DNA of 64,000 nt, taken from assembly GCA_009602735.1 (NCBI GenBank), contig WELA01000805.1, forward strand, positions 156,879 through 220,878, in the 5' to 3' direction. Below the pieces are notes generated by a model. It was not told where the DNA came from. It searched no databases and worked only from the letters and a program-made list of their open reading frames with translations. Shown here piece after piece: positions 33,854 through 46,163 of the stretch. Both the position numbers and the translations under genes were made by a program. This stretch comes from Mesotaenium endlicherianum (lineage: Eukaryota). Numbering within the stretch: the first letter of the stretch is position 1; each line of letters opens with the position of its first letter.

Positions 33854-36800
33854 TTAGGGAGGTGCCCCAGCCGCCCAAAGGTGGAACCGTTTCAACGCCC
33901 CTTTGGCATTGGTCAGCTGGTCCTTAAGTTCCCAAGTGTCCCCAGATTCATCCTAACCCTTCCATCGGATGAGGTACTTCATGACATATTTAGACGATCG
34001 ACGGACAGAGCGAGCGTCTAAAATATCCTTGACCTTATATTTTTCAGGGTCACCCTCCTCGACAGCGGGGACCGGTCCCGGTTGGACAGGTAACCGACCT
34101 GTGAACAGTGTGTCACCTTTGATATACAATTCCAAGAAGGAGACATTAAAGACTGGGTGACCCTTGTAGTCCGCTGACATATTCAGTTTGTAAGCCTTCT
34201 GACCGACACGGCCCACCACCAAATATGGACCGACCCGGACAGGACCAAGCTTTTTCTTGACCACACCAGGTAGGTACAGGTGTTGAGACTGCAGTTTGAC
34301 TAAATCGCCCTTAGAAAATGTCAGCTTGCGACGGTGCTGATTAGCGTATTTTTGTTGATTTTCTTGGGCTGTGTGCAAGTTTTGTTGGACTTCTAACAGG
34401 GTGTCAGCAAACTCCTGGATTAACCGGAGGGAGACCGGATTGTCAATCCCTTCCGAATGAGCTAAAGACTCCTCTAGTACATCTGAAGGAGACTTAGGGA
34501 CTCTATCGAGGCTCAATTCAGAAGGAGTCTTGCCCGTTGACGCGTGAACCGCACTGTTGACCGCAAACTGAATTTGGGACAACACGTCATCCCAAATTAT
34601 CTTGTTTTTGGTTGATATATGCTCTTAGCACCTCCTGCAGAACTTGGTTAGTTCTTTCAGTCTGCCCATCAGTCTGAGGGTGGTTTGCTGTGCTGAGAAG
34701 GTGTTTGACTTCCATTAAAGCTCTCCAGAACTTATAGATAAATTTGGAGTCTCCGTCTGAGATGATATTAGAGGGGAGCCCATGTTGGCATACTACATGG
34801 TTGAAAAACTGTCTCGCTGTTTCGAGTGCAGTTACTTTGACAGTTGTGGGGATGAAAATGACCATTTTTGTCAATTTATCCACGACTACCAGAATCGAAT
34901 CATGCCCATTGGCAGTTCTTGGTAGTGTTACCACCCAGTCCATGGATATTGTTTCCCAGCGTTCAGCTGGAATAGGCAGTGGTTGCAAGAGTCCCCTGGG
35001 TGGTGTGTGCCTAGACTTATTTCTCTGACACTGATCACAGGACTTCACATATTTCAAGACCTCCCGGGGCAACCCATTCCAATGATAATGTTTTGCCAGT
35101 TTGCCAACAGTTTTGGCCTGCCCCAAATGCCCACCCAGTAACATGTCATGCGCTTGACGCAGTAAGAGGGACCTTATTTCCAAATTATTAAAAATGACCA
35201 GCTTCAGCCTTCTTGAAGTGGTTTCAGTCACCCAAACCCCTCCCTTAAGCCGATACCCGAGTGCAGTAGCAGGACACACACCATCAGTGGGGCTGGGCTC
35301 AAATGTTGGGTCAGAAAGGTAGGCTTTCCTAAGTTGTTCAAGGAAGGACTTTTTTACCTTTAGTGAAGTGAGTGCACAAAGGACTTTATCTACAGCATGC
35401 TGACTAAAGTTCCTCTCTTGCAAGTCAGGTCGTCTAGAGAGTGCATCAGCAGGATTTAACTTCCCTGGTTTGTAGTCAATTTAGACTTGAAACTGCTCCA
35501 GCATCTGGCTCTAGCGATTCTCCCTCCTCGACAGCTTGGACTTCTTTTGAAAGTGAGTCAGAGCTAGATGATCTGTAATCACCTTAAAAGCTTTACCATG
35601 TAAATATGCTCTCCATTGTTTGAGCACATGAATGATAGCTAGCAGCTCTTTATCCTGCACTGAGTAATTAATCTCAGCTGGATTAAATTTCATAGACTCA
35701 TACAACACACGATGCCACTCCTGTTTTACCTTACCATCCTTTGTGGTTTTGTCAACAGGCTGCAACAAAATAGCAACCATGGCAAAGTCCGAGGAATCGG
35801 TAACCACCTGCACAGGTTTGCTGGGGTCATACACGGCTAGCACTGGGGCAGAACAAAGAGCATCTTTAAGGGTCTGGAAGGGAGCCTGCTGCTCTTCCCC
35901 CCACACATACCCTATGTCTTTCTTAGTGAGGTCAGTCAATTTACTGGCCTTTGTAGAATAATTCTTAATAAATCTCCTGTAGTAGTAAGCCAACCCAAGG
36001 AAGGATCTAACTTCGGAGACAGATTGTGGTACAGGCCAGTCCCTTATGGTCTGGACCTTCTTAGGATCCACACTGATGCCTTCTTTGCTGACATCGTAGC
36101 CTATAAATTCAATACTTACCTTGAAGAAATCACACTTGCTCATTTTAGCATATAACTAATTTCTTCTCAGAGTGTTCATGACTACCTTTAAGTGTTCAGC
36201 ATGCTGCGCTTCATCTTTAGAGAAAATTAAAATATCATCCAGGAAGACTTGTACAAGCTTATCCAGGTAAGGTTTGAAAATGTCATTCATAGCACCCATG
36301 AAGGTTGCAGGAGCATTAGTCAGTCCAAATGGCATCACATTAAACTCATAGTGTCCATAACGTGTGCGGACTGTAGTCTTGTGTTCATCCCCCTCAGCAA
36401 TTGTGATTTGATGATAACCGCTCTTCAGATCTATCTCACTGAACACTTTAGCACCAGATAGGGTATCAAGCAAGTCCTTGATTCTGGGTAAAGCGTACTT
36501 GTTCTTTACTGTGGTTCTATTAAGAGCTCTCTAATCAACGCACATCCGCATACTCCCATCCTTTTTCTTAACAAAGAGGATGGGTGCGCCATAAGGTAAT
36601 TTACTGGGGGAAATATAACCATTGTCCTCAAGCTCTGCAATCTGTGTTTTTGACTCTTCGCTCTCCACATAAGACAAGGCATATGTGCGTTGCCAGGGTG
36701 GCTGACTCCCAGGTAATAAGTAAATCTTGTGATCCACCTCCCTTTTAGGAGGTAGTCCTGGAGGCATATTAAAAACATCAGTGTACTGAGCCACAAATTT

Positions 36801-38639
36801 TGCAGCAGTAGGGTGCTCCGGAGGGCTCACTTTTTCTCAACCACTTCTTATTAGTATGAAAAGGTACCTCTTTTAGCAGCAGACAAAACATTCCGTCTTC
36901 CTTCTGGTTCCAGCTTTCGATGAACTCCATTGCATTCAGCAATTTGCATCCTCCTGGAAGCCTCTTCTTTTTCTTCATTTGCCATCCACACAGGACAAGA
37001 GGAAGAGCACTGGTGGGTGCCAAGTTAGTCTGCCCATCACTGGCTCCTCTCACTTTAGCTGTACCTCTGCTCCAACACCTGCCTAGCACAAGATCATAAA
37101 AGCCAGTGTTGAGTACCTCAAATGTAAGCGTTTCAGTTAGAACTGCAATGCCATAACCTAAATGGACCTCAATAGGCTTGGTTATAACTCCTCCCGGGAT
37201 ACTTGAGGCATCTCCAAGGAATATTTTTCTATTCCCTTGGGTGACAGTAGGCAGCCTTAGCCGCTTAACTAAGTCCTTATGGATAAAAGTATGTGACGCC
37301 CCTCCGTCAACAAATGCCCTCACCTTCCAACCTGCAATCATACAATGCAGTGGGATAGGGGGGACTATCTTTCCCTGACTTTTGCATTGTTCTCCTGACT
37401 TAGCAAAGAAATATTGAACATCAAGTGGAATAAGATCATCCAGAGTGTGCACTCTCTGGATGTCTATATTGCTAATGGTCTCCTTTATCTGGTTGTCAGG
37501 CATGCATAGTGAATCCAATTCAGCAGGACCCATAATACCAGCTACGAGGGCAGCTAGTGACGGCTCACTAACTCTGGCATCCTCACAGTCGGTAGACTGG
37601 ATTACTGACTGTTGCTGTCTTTTATTGGCTGGTCCCTTTCTCTTGACCTTTGGGAGGTGCTTGTTTGGACACTGCTCTCTGAAGTGACCCAACTGCTGGC
37701 AATGGAAGCAAACAGATTTTGCTGAGGTCGGTTTAGTCCTACCGCCTCCTCTTCCATAGCCACCTCGAGAGTAACCACCTCTCCCTCTAGACTGTGTAGC
37801 ATTGTACTCATACTCGTACTCACCATCCTTATCATCCTCAGCCTGGTCTCCTTCAATTGCATTGTAGGAACCGTGAGGCTTTTTGACAATCTTAGACACC
37901 AAAGCATTACTCTGGCGCTTGTGATTGAACTGCTGCTCATCCCAAGCATCAGCGTCCTGGATCAAGTGTGCCAGTTTTTCATACTTCTTTTCAGCAAAAT
38001 GACCCGAGACTTCGGATTTCAAGCCATACCTGAAGTATGCTATCCTATACCCTCTGGCAAGTCTGGCTGCTTCATCATGTTCTCCTAGAACTACTGAGCA
38101 AACTCGGCAACTGAAGTGGTCTGCTTCAGTGTCAAGGAGATCATCGCATAGACAGCTTTCTCCTGTTGGTTGATGACATCAAACTTCTCATGCAACTTCT
38201 CGACAAACTCTACCCAAGTAGGGTCACGGAGTTGCTGAGCCTTACGCTCTCCTTTCCAATACAACCACCAGTCTGCTGCACTCCCTTTTAGTAGAGCATC
38301 GGTGTGCCTGACCTTCTCGTAATCCTGCAGCTCTGGGTAGGTCTCCAGCCACTGCTCAACATCAGCGAGGAACTTGATCAGGTAGTATTTCTTGTTTCCC
38401 TCAGGATCATAGTCCTGGGGAGGTTTCGGCTTAGGCTTACTTGGGCCTCTGCCACCACCACCCGTGGTTTGAGAACCCAGTTGGTCTCTGTCCCGCAGCA
38501 GGGACATTATGATTCTTTTGTCCTCCTGTTGGGACTGGTACATACTCGCCACTTGCGATTGCATCTGAACAACTAATGCTCCCAAATCCACACTCTGAGG
38601 TGGGAGTCTAGCAAATGCAGCAGCAACATGGGCATCCAC
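33854..38639 (-). pseudogene. Fragmented gag-pol of B-minus1
   Basis: Gag 38091-38639; CCHC knuckle CFHCQQLGHFREQC and protease FVDGGAS in 36778-38022; RT (FLDDIL) 36156-36830; RNase H 35511-36143; integrase 34587-35423; GPY motif and chromodomain 33854-34585. Confidence 0.95.
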
Positions 38640-41600
38640 TTGCTTAGCTGGTAATCCTTATGGTGTTTTTTGTTGATTGATTAAGCAACGGAGGACAACA
38701 CACTAGCAGTAGACAACACTTCGCAAGTCAAATGCAAATAAACTAGCATCAATAATGCAATCAGCAAACTCGTACATAAGCAAGGCTGGAAGACAATGCG
38801 TGTCAATGGCTTCTCGTCTTGGATTCGGATCTCTCTCAGTAAGCTGTACAAGAGAGTTGGCCTTGTTTCCGAATGCCGAACTCGAGAGCAATGCCTAGCA
38901 TATATACATGGAATGAGTTTACTGTTCAACGGCAAGTGCGATGGCACCGCCTACCCAGGAGTTAACCACGTTGGTAGGACCTCGGTTAACCAAATCCATC
39001 GCCATCTCCCATCATCCCGAATAGCCATCCATCCTAGGGATGTCATCTGGGCATTCATCTAGCACACCACACTTAGATGCATATCTAGACAATTTGCTGC
39101 TACCGAGTACGGAAGTCAGCTGGCTGTCAAAGAATGGGTCAGCAAGCTGACCTGAGCTGACTTCAGCCTGCTGCTCCCGGCTAAGTCATTAAATTGATTA
39201 TTTACTAAAGTCTAGCAGACTCAATATTAACTGAAGCTCAGCAGGCTGAACTTATTCAACTATTAAATGAACATTATATCTACAAGTATACTGATTCATT
39301 ACACCTTGGAGGCAGCCTGCAAGAACCACAAAGAGGAAAAAATGACATTAGACACTTTTCTCTTCTCGCAGTTTCTGGAAAAAAAAGTGCTATTGGTGAT
39401 AGGTCTTTGCATAATAAATTCTGAAATTTTGTTTGGCTGTAGGCTATGAGTAGCCGGTCATTTAGAATACAAGTTTGCTCAATTTAGAGCATTGGTGAGC
39501 GAGATAAGATGCTCTGAGTAGAAGGGAGTCAGGCTGCTGGCATTGTTAGGGCAGAATATGCCTTCTGACATTGTGCCCTACCCTGAACTTGGAATGCTTT
39601 GAAACTGTAGACTATGGTAGTAAATCTTCCAACGCCCATTTAGAGACTTACTTTGCAGAATTTGGAGAAGCATAGAAGGACTTATGATTTTGAGAAGTTT
39701 CTGCACAGATTTGGAGGAGTGCCTACTCTCTCAACTCTCAACGACACTCCAGAAATTAGAATACTCTCAAATTTGGTGATCCGGTAGAGTTCTTTGACGC
39801 AATCTGTTTGGTTTTAGATTTTTGAGATTTGGAGCAGTTCTGTGGATGCTATGAATTTTTGAAATTATGGCAGATTTTGGGCCAACTTGTACAATATTCT
39901 TGATTATCAAGAAGTAGGCTAGCCAATAAGGTCACACCACCCACGACCTTGCCTAGTCTACCTTACATGTGTAGCACCTGACTTGGCGCCTTTGACTAAT
40001 CCTCTTTACATATGTGGCATCTGACTTAAAGTTGTTGACTAGTGTGCTCCACATGTGTAAGACCTGACTTGACGCGCCGAGACGTCGCTTTTTCACGTCG
40101 GGAGGGTGATGTAGTAATTTGAGTTATAATATAATAGTTTGCATATATTATAATGCTTTTGAATATATTTGGAGTAGTATTGTGTGGCGTCAACTGTGAA
40201 TAGATACTCTAGTGACTTGGTTCATGTCCTTTGAACCTTCTAAGGCATTTTCGGAGTTAGAGGAAGGACCTAGAAGAACTCCATATGGCAAAAGTCTGAT
40301 GTGCCATTTCTAGGTCGAAAGGACATGTGTACATTATTCTAGAAAGAGGTGGCAAGTTTTGGGATCTGTTGGGTGCCAACACATCAACATGCACCTTCCT
40401 AGAAATTACTTATGTAGCAAGTATATAAACAAGAGCTAGAACATAGAAAGACATGGGAGAATCACTCTTGTACTTGCCAAATTTGAGAAATATATTAACT
40501 TTCAAGAAGCCATCTCTCTTTCAAGAAGCTACCACCTGTGTTCAAAGATCCTTGTCTTGAATAGATAAAGTATTATATTTCACTAAGTACTTTATCTATC
40601 TGTTTCACTACAAGTCCCACCTCAGGGAAAGAGACTCAGTCAGACAGAGCAGACAGGAGGGCTGCTAAGGAGGTAGCCAGAGGGCAGCCAGCATTCCCTT
40701 CTAGCAGAGGACACGTGCCCTTATCCCATGTCATGCAGCACCTCTCCGGCATGCCCGTGTATGTACCTGTCAACTTAAGAGACGCACAGGAAAGAGCTGT
40801 CTCCATAAACTTGCAAACAATGCAAGAGAGCACTGCCCAGCTGCTGCGTTCACCCCTCGGTTCACCCTGGTTCGAGCCCCCAGAGTTCAGGAGGCCATCG
40901 ACCAGGAGAAGAAGGTCCAATCCCAGGTCCCACTCCCCGGAAGACACAGCCCCAAGTACTTAGGTGCTATCTTCGTTTGAGTCCGTCTGCTTTTGTGTTG
41001 CATGTGCCTTGCGTGATTATGAACACTAGTTAATCAGTGTTAGTGAATTAGTGTTGTCAAATCGAGGCGACAACCTGTTAAGTTGGAGGGATTGTAATAA
41101 ATCAGTATACTTGTAGATATAATATTCATTTAATAGAATAGTTAAGTAAGTTCAGCCTGCTGAGCTTTAGTTAATATTGAGTCTGCTGGACTTTAGTAAA
41201 TAATCAGTTCAATGACTCAGCCGGGAGTAGCAAGCTGAAGTCAGCTCAGGTCAGCTTCCTGACACATTCTTTGACAGCCAGCTGACTTCCGTACTCGGTA
41301 GCAGCAAACTGCCTAGATATGCATTTAAGTGTGGTGTGCTAGATGAATTGCCGGATGACATCCCTAGGATGGATGGCGACTCGGGATGATGCGAGATGGA
41401 GGTGGATTTGGTTAACCGAAGTCCTACCAACGTGGTTAACTCCCGGGTAGGCGGTGCCATCGCACTTGCCGTTGAACAGTAAACTCATTCCATGTACATA
41501 TGCTAGGATTGCTCTCGGGTTCGCCATTCGAAAACGAGGCCAACTCTCTTGTACAGCTTACTGAGAGAGATCTGAATCCAAGGCGAGAAGCCATTAATAT

Positions 41601-41808
41601 GCACTGTCTTCTAGCCTTGCTTATGTATGAGTGTACTGATTGCATTATTGATGCTAGTTTACTTGCATTTGACTTACGAGTATTGTCCACTGCTAGGGCG
41701 TTGTCTTTTGCTGTTTAATCAATTAATAAAAATACCATAAAGATCACATGCTGATATAAAGATCTTCATTAATTGTTAATCGTCTATTTGGGAAGTCGAT
41801 TCATTTCA

Positions 41809-44800
41809 GCCAACCTTTATTCCTCCTCCTCCTTGGCTTCCTCTGCAGCTTTTTTGTCCTGCTCCTCCTGTCTCAGCCTGGCCTGTTCTTCCTCCTCCTT
41901 CCTCTCTTGAGCTCCCGCTGCAGTTGAAGTCGATCTGATTCTTGAGAAGAGATGGAGGATGATTCGATGTTGCCATGGAATTCTTTGTACTCCGCCTGCG
42001 CCTCGTCCGCCCTTCTTTTCCTCTTGAGTTCAGATTTTTGGGTCATCCTGCTCATCATACCACAATTGAGTTAGTGTAGTCATGACATCATGTACAAGAT
42101 TGAGTACCTTGACAAAAAAGAACGTAGTAGTGGGAGTTGTAGCATGCAATACCTGGTGTAAGTAAATTGAAAGTGTGAGTGTGCTTGAGAGAGAAGTGAG
42201 TGTGAGCCCAGTTGAGTGTGGAGGATGGGTATGCAACGGCAATCGGCTAGTTTCCGAGATGTTTATCCCACTCCCTCCAACTGGGTATTTAAGGTGAGCT
42301 GCCTGTTTCTACTGTCACTGGGCTGCCTGTCACAACTGTCACTTACTGTCAACTGTCGTCACTTTCTGTCGCTAACTGTCACTTTTGGCTGCGTTTGGCC
42401 ACATTTCCCCTCCAACTTAAATGGAGACAAGACCTCCTGTCACCTTTCCATGTCAATTGAAATGACAATTAGGGAGGTGTCCCAGCTTCCCGAAGGTAAA
42501 AGCGTTTCAACGCCCCTTTGGCATTGGTCAAATGGTCAAATGGTCAAATTCCCAGGTATCCCCAGAGGCATCGTAACTCTTCCATCTGACCAGATTTTTC
42601 ATGACATATTTAGACCGACGAACAGAGCGAGCTTCCAAAATCTCATCAATCTCATATTCCTCAGGGTCACGATCCCGGACAGCGGGGACCGGTCCCAATT
42701 GGAGAGGTAATCGACAGGTGAAGAGTGTGTCATCCTTGATGTATGGTTCTAGGAAAGAGACGTTAAAGACTGGGTGACCCTTGTATTCCGCTGACATATT
42801 TAATTGGTAAGCATTCTCACCGACACGGCGCACCACCAAATATGGACTGATCCAAACCGGACCAAGCTTTTTCTTGACCACACCAGGCAGGTACAGGTGT
42901 TGAAAACACAGTTTGACCAAATCAGCTCCCGACGGTGTTGATTAGCATATTTTTGTTGATTTCCATGGGCTTTGTGCAGATTTTGTTGGACTTCTGACAG
43001 GGTGTCAGCAAACTCCTGAGTTAACTGGAGAGACACCGGATTGTCAATCTCCTCAGGGTGAGTTAAACACTCCCCTAGCACAATCAAGGGAGTTTTAGGA
43101 ACTCTACCCAGACTGAGTTCAGAAGGAGTCTTTCCTGTTGACGCGTGCACCGCCTGTTGATCGCAAATTGAATCTGAGGCAACAGGTCATCTCAATTATC
43201 TTGTTTTTGGTTAATATACTCTCAGCACCTCTTACAGTATTCGGTTAGTTTTTTCAGTCTGCCCATCAGTGTGAGGGTGGTTTGCTGTGCTGAGTAGCTG
43301 TTTGACTCCCATTAACCCCATTAAAGCTCTCCGAGACTTAGAGGAAAATTTTGAGTCTCTGTCTGAGATAATATTAGAGGGTAGCTCATATTGGCATACT
43401 ACATGGTTGTAGAACGGTCTCGGAGTTTCGAGTGCAGTTACCTTGACAGTGGTGGGGATGAAAATGACCATTTTTGTCAATTTATCCACTACTACCAGTA
43501 TAGAATCATGCCCATTGGCAGTCCTTGACAGTATTACCACCCAGTCCATAGATGTTCTTTCCCATCGTCCAGCTGGGATGGGTAGTGGTTGTAATAGCCC
43601 CCCGAGTGGGGTGTGTCTAGACTTGTTTTTCTGACACTGATCACAGGTCTTAACATATTTCAAGACCTCCCAAGGCAACCCTTCCCAGTGATAATGTTTT
43701 GCCAATTTGTCAACAATTTTGGCCTGCCCCAAATGTCCACCTAGTACACTGTCATGATCCTGACTTAGTAATAAAGAACTTAGTTCCAAGTTGTTAGGAA
43801 TCACCAACTTCAGCCGTCCGAAAGTGATTTTAGTTACCCAGACCCCTCCCTTCAGCCTATGTTTGAGTGTATTAGCAAGACACACACCATCAGTTGGGCT
43901 GAGCTCAAATGTTGGGTCTAAAAGGTAGAATTTCCCAAGTTGTTCAAGGTAGGACTTTTTCACCTTTAGTGAAGTGAGTGGACAAAGGACTTTATCTACA
44001 GCATGCTGACTAAAGTTCCTTTCTTGCAAGTCAGGTCGTCTAGAGAGTGCATCAGCAAGATTCAACTTCTCTGGTTTGTAGTCAATCTGGACTTGGAACT
44101 GCTCCAGCATCTGGCTCCAGCGGTTCTCTCTCCTCGACGGCTTGGTGTAACGATCCGCCGCATGGCCGGATGCGGCACGTGCGACACGTCGCGTGGAGCA
44201 ATAGAAGTGTCGGGTTGAGTTATATAAGTACAATTGGCGCGCGATCAAAGAACCTCGAGTTACCTTTTTGTTTGTATCGCTACATTGGTATTGGAGCGCA
44301 AACGTACGCAGCCGTGACAAGGAGACGAGGGTTGAAATCCCGCGAAGTGCGAAACTCGTCGATGGTACGACCGTACGGCAATCTTTGGATTGTACAAAGA
44401 AAGGACACTATCCCGAAACAACGTCCCTCGCGTTGCCAGGGCCTGAGTGCCCGGGACGTGCACACTTATAGGTGGGAGGAGTGTAACGATCCGCCGAGTG
44501 GCCGGATGCGGCGCGTGCGACACGTCGCGGATGCGACTGGATGTGTCGGTTTAAATCGTATAATTACAATTGGCGCGCAATCTAAGTACCTCAAGTTACC
44601 TTTTTGTTCGCATCGCTACACTTGGACCTTTTTTGAAAGTGAGTCGGAACTGGATGATCTGTAATCACCTTAAAAGCTATATCATGTAAGTATGCTCTCC
44701 ACTGTTTGAGAACATGAATGATAGCAAGCAGCTCTTTATCAAGCACAGAATAGTTAATCTCAGCTGGATTGAATTTCATAGACTCATACAGCACAGGGTG

Positions 44801-46163
44801 CCACTCCTGCTTTACCTTACCATCCTTTGTGGCTTTGTCAGCAAGCTGCAAAAAAATAGCACCCATGGCAAAGTCAGAAGCATTAGTAACCACCTGCACA
44901 GGTTTGCTGGAGTCATACACAGCTAAGACTAGGGCAGAACAGAGAGCATCTTTGAGGGTTGGGAAGGCAAATTGCTGCTCTTCCCCCTACACATAGCCTA
45001 TGTCCTTCTTAGTAAGGTCAGTCATTTTACTGGCCTTTAAAGAATAATTATCAATAAATCTCCTATAGTAGTTAGCCAACCCAAGGAAGGATCTAACTTC
45101 CGAGACAGATTGTGGCACTGGCCAATTCCTTATGGTCTGCACTTTCTTAGGGTCCACACTGATGCCTTCCTTGCTGACAACGTGGCCCAATCATTCAATA
45201 CTTTCCTTGAAGAAATTACACTTGCTCATTTTAGCATATAATTGATTCTTTCTTAGAGTGTCCATCACTGTCCTCAAGTGCTCAGCATGCTTAGTTTCAT
45301 TCTTTGAGAAAATTAAAATATCATCCAAAAAGACTTGCACAAACTTATCTAAGTAAGGCCTGAGAATGTCAATCATAGCACCCATGAAGGTTGCAGGAGC
45401 ATTAGTCAGTCCAAATGGCATCACATTAAACTCATAGTGTCCATAACGTGTATGAGGCAGTCTTGTGTTCGTCTCCCTCAACAATTGTGATTTGATGATA
45501 ACCACTTTTGAGATCTATCTTATTGAACACTTTAGCACCATAATACACTAGCAGTGAACAATACTTGCAAGTCAAATCCAAGTAAACTAGCATCAATAAT
45601 GCAATCAGTAAACTTATACATAAGCAAGGCTAGAAGACAATGCGTAACAATGGCTTCTTGCCTTGGATTCAGATATCTCTCACTAAGCTATACAAGAGAT
45701 TTGGCCTCGTTTTTGAATGCCGAACTCGAGAGCAATACCTAGCATATGTACGTGGAATGACTAGACGATTCAACGGCAAGTGCGATGGGACCGCCTACCC
45801 GGGAGTTAACCACGTTGGTAGGACCTCGGCTAACCAAATCCACAGCCATCTCCCATCATCCCGAATCGCCATCCACCTTAAGGGTGTCATTTGGCCACTC
45901 ATCCAGCACACCACACTTGGATGCATAGCTAGGCAGTTCGCTGCTGCCGAGTACGGCAGCCAGCTGACTGTCAAAGAATGTGTCAGCAAGCTGTCTCAAG
46001 TCAATAGGCTGATCTAATTGACTTCAGCCTGCTACTCTTGGCTGAGTCATTGAACTATCACATGTCCAGCATACTTAATATTAACTAAAGTTCAACAGGC
46101 TGAACACATTTAAGTATTGTATTAAATGAATATTATATCTATCCAATATACTGATTCATTACA
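41809..46163 (-). mobile_element. Deleted family B element (B-minus2): partial 5' LTR ~45542-46163, RT-RH-IN-chromodomain fragments, start of ORF3
   Basis: The LTR is fused directly to RT at ~45541 (U5, PBS, gag and PR lost). Pol fragments at ~42470-45540. ORF3 start MTQKSELKRKRR at ~42049 is cut by the B-plus LTR at 41808. Confidence 0.92.
44146..44620 (+). mobile_element. TRIM (terminal-repeat retrotransposon in miniature), 475 bp
   Basis: 139-bp terminal direct repeats TGTAACG...CGCTACA at 44146-44284 and 44482-44620. PBS TGGTATTGGAGC at 44286-44297. PPT AGGTGGGAGGAG at 44470-44481. Perfect TSD CTTGG. Non-coding interior. Confidence 0.96.

Larger units (their letters stand above)
24328..39303 (-). 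mobile_element. Near full-length degenerate chromovirus of family B (B-minus1) with an extra 3' ORF
   Basis: 3' LTR 24328-25045. PPT 25046-25060. 5' LTR 38651-39303 lacks its U5 end and PBS. Flanks CCCTG (24323-24327) and CCTTG (39304-39308). C2 sequence resumes exactly after it. Confidence 0.95.
19526..40612 (+). mobile_element. Older degenerate family C chromovirus (C2) carrying a nested 15-kb insertion
   Basis: LTRs 19526-20028 and 40110-40612 (503 bp each). TSD AGTCC at 19521-19525 and 40613-40617. PBS 20030-20042. PPT just before 40110. Confidence 0.97.
19482..41808 (+). mobile_element. 3' remnant of a family B element (B-plus): ORF3 tail at 19482-19525 and 40618-40963, PPT 41078-41092, 3' LTR 41093-41808
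   Basis: Removing C2 joins ...WLGSLSRRS-PTSGKETQSDRADRRAAKEVARG, which is homologous to ORF3 of the 24328-39303 element. PPT TTAAGTTGGAGGGAT precedes TGTAAT. Confidence 0.9.

Noticed and set aside
44146..44620. Retrozyme or Cassandra identity for the TRIM
   Set aside because: No hammerhead core (CTGANGA...GAAA) or 5S rRNA boxes recognised in the terminal repeats.
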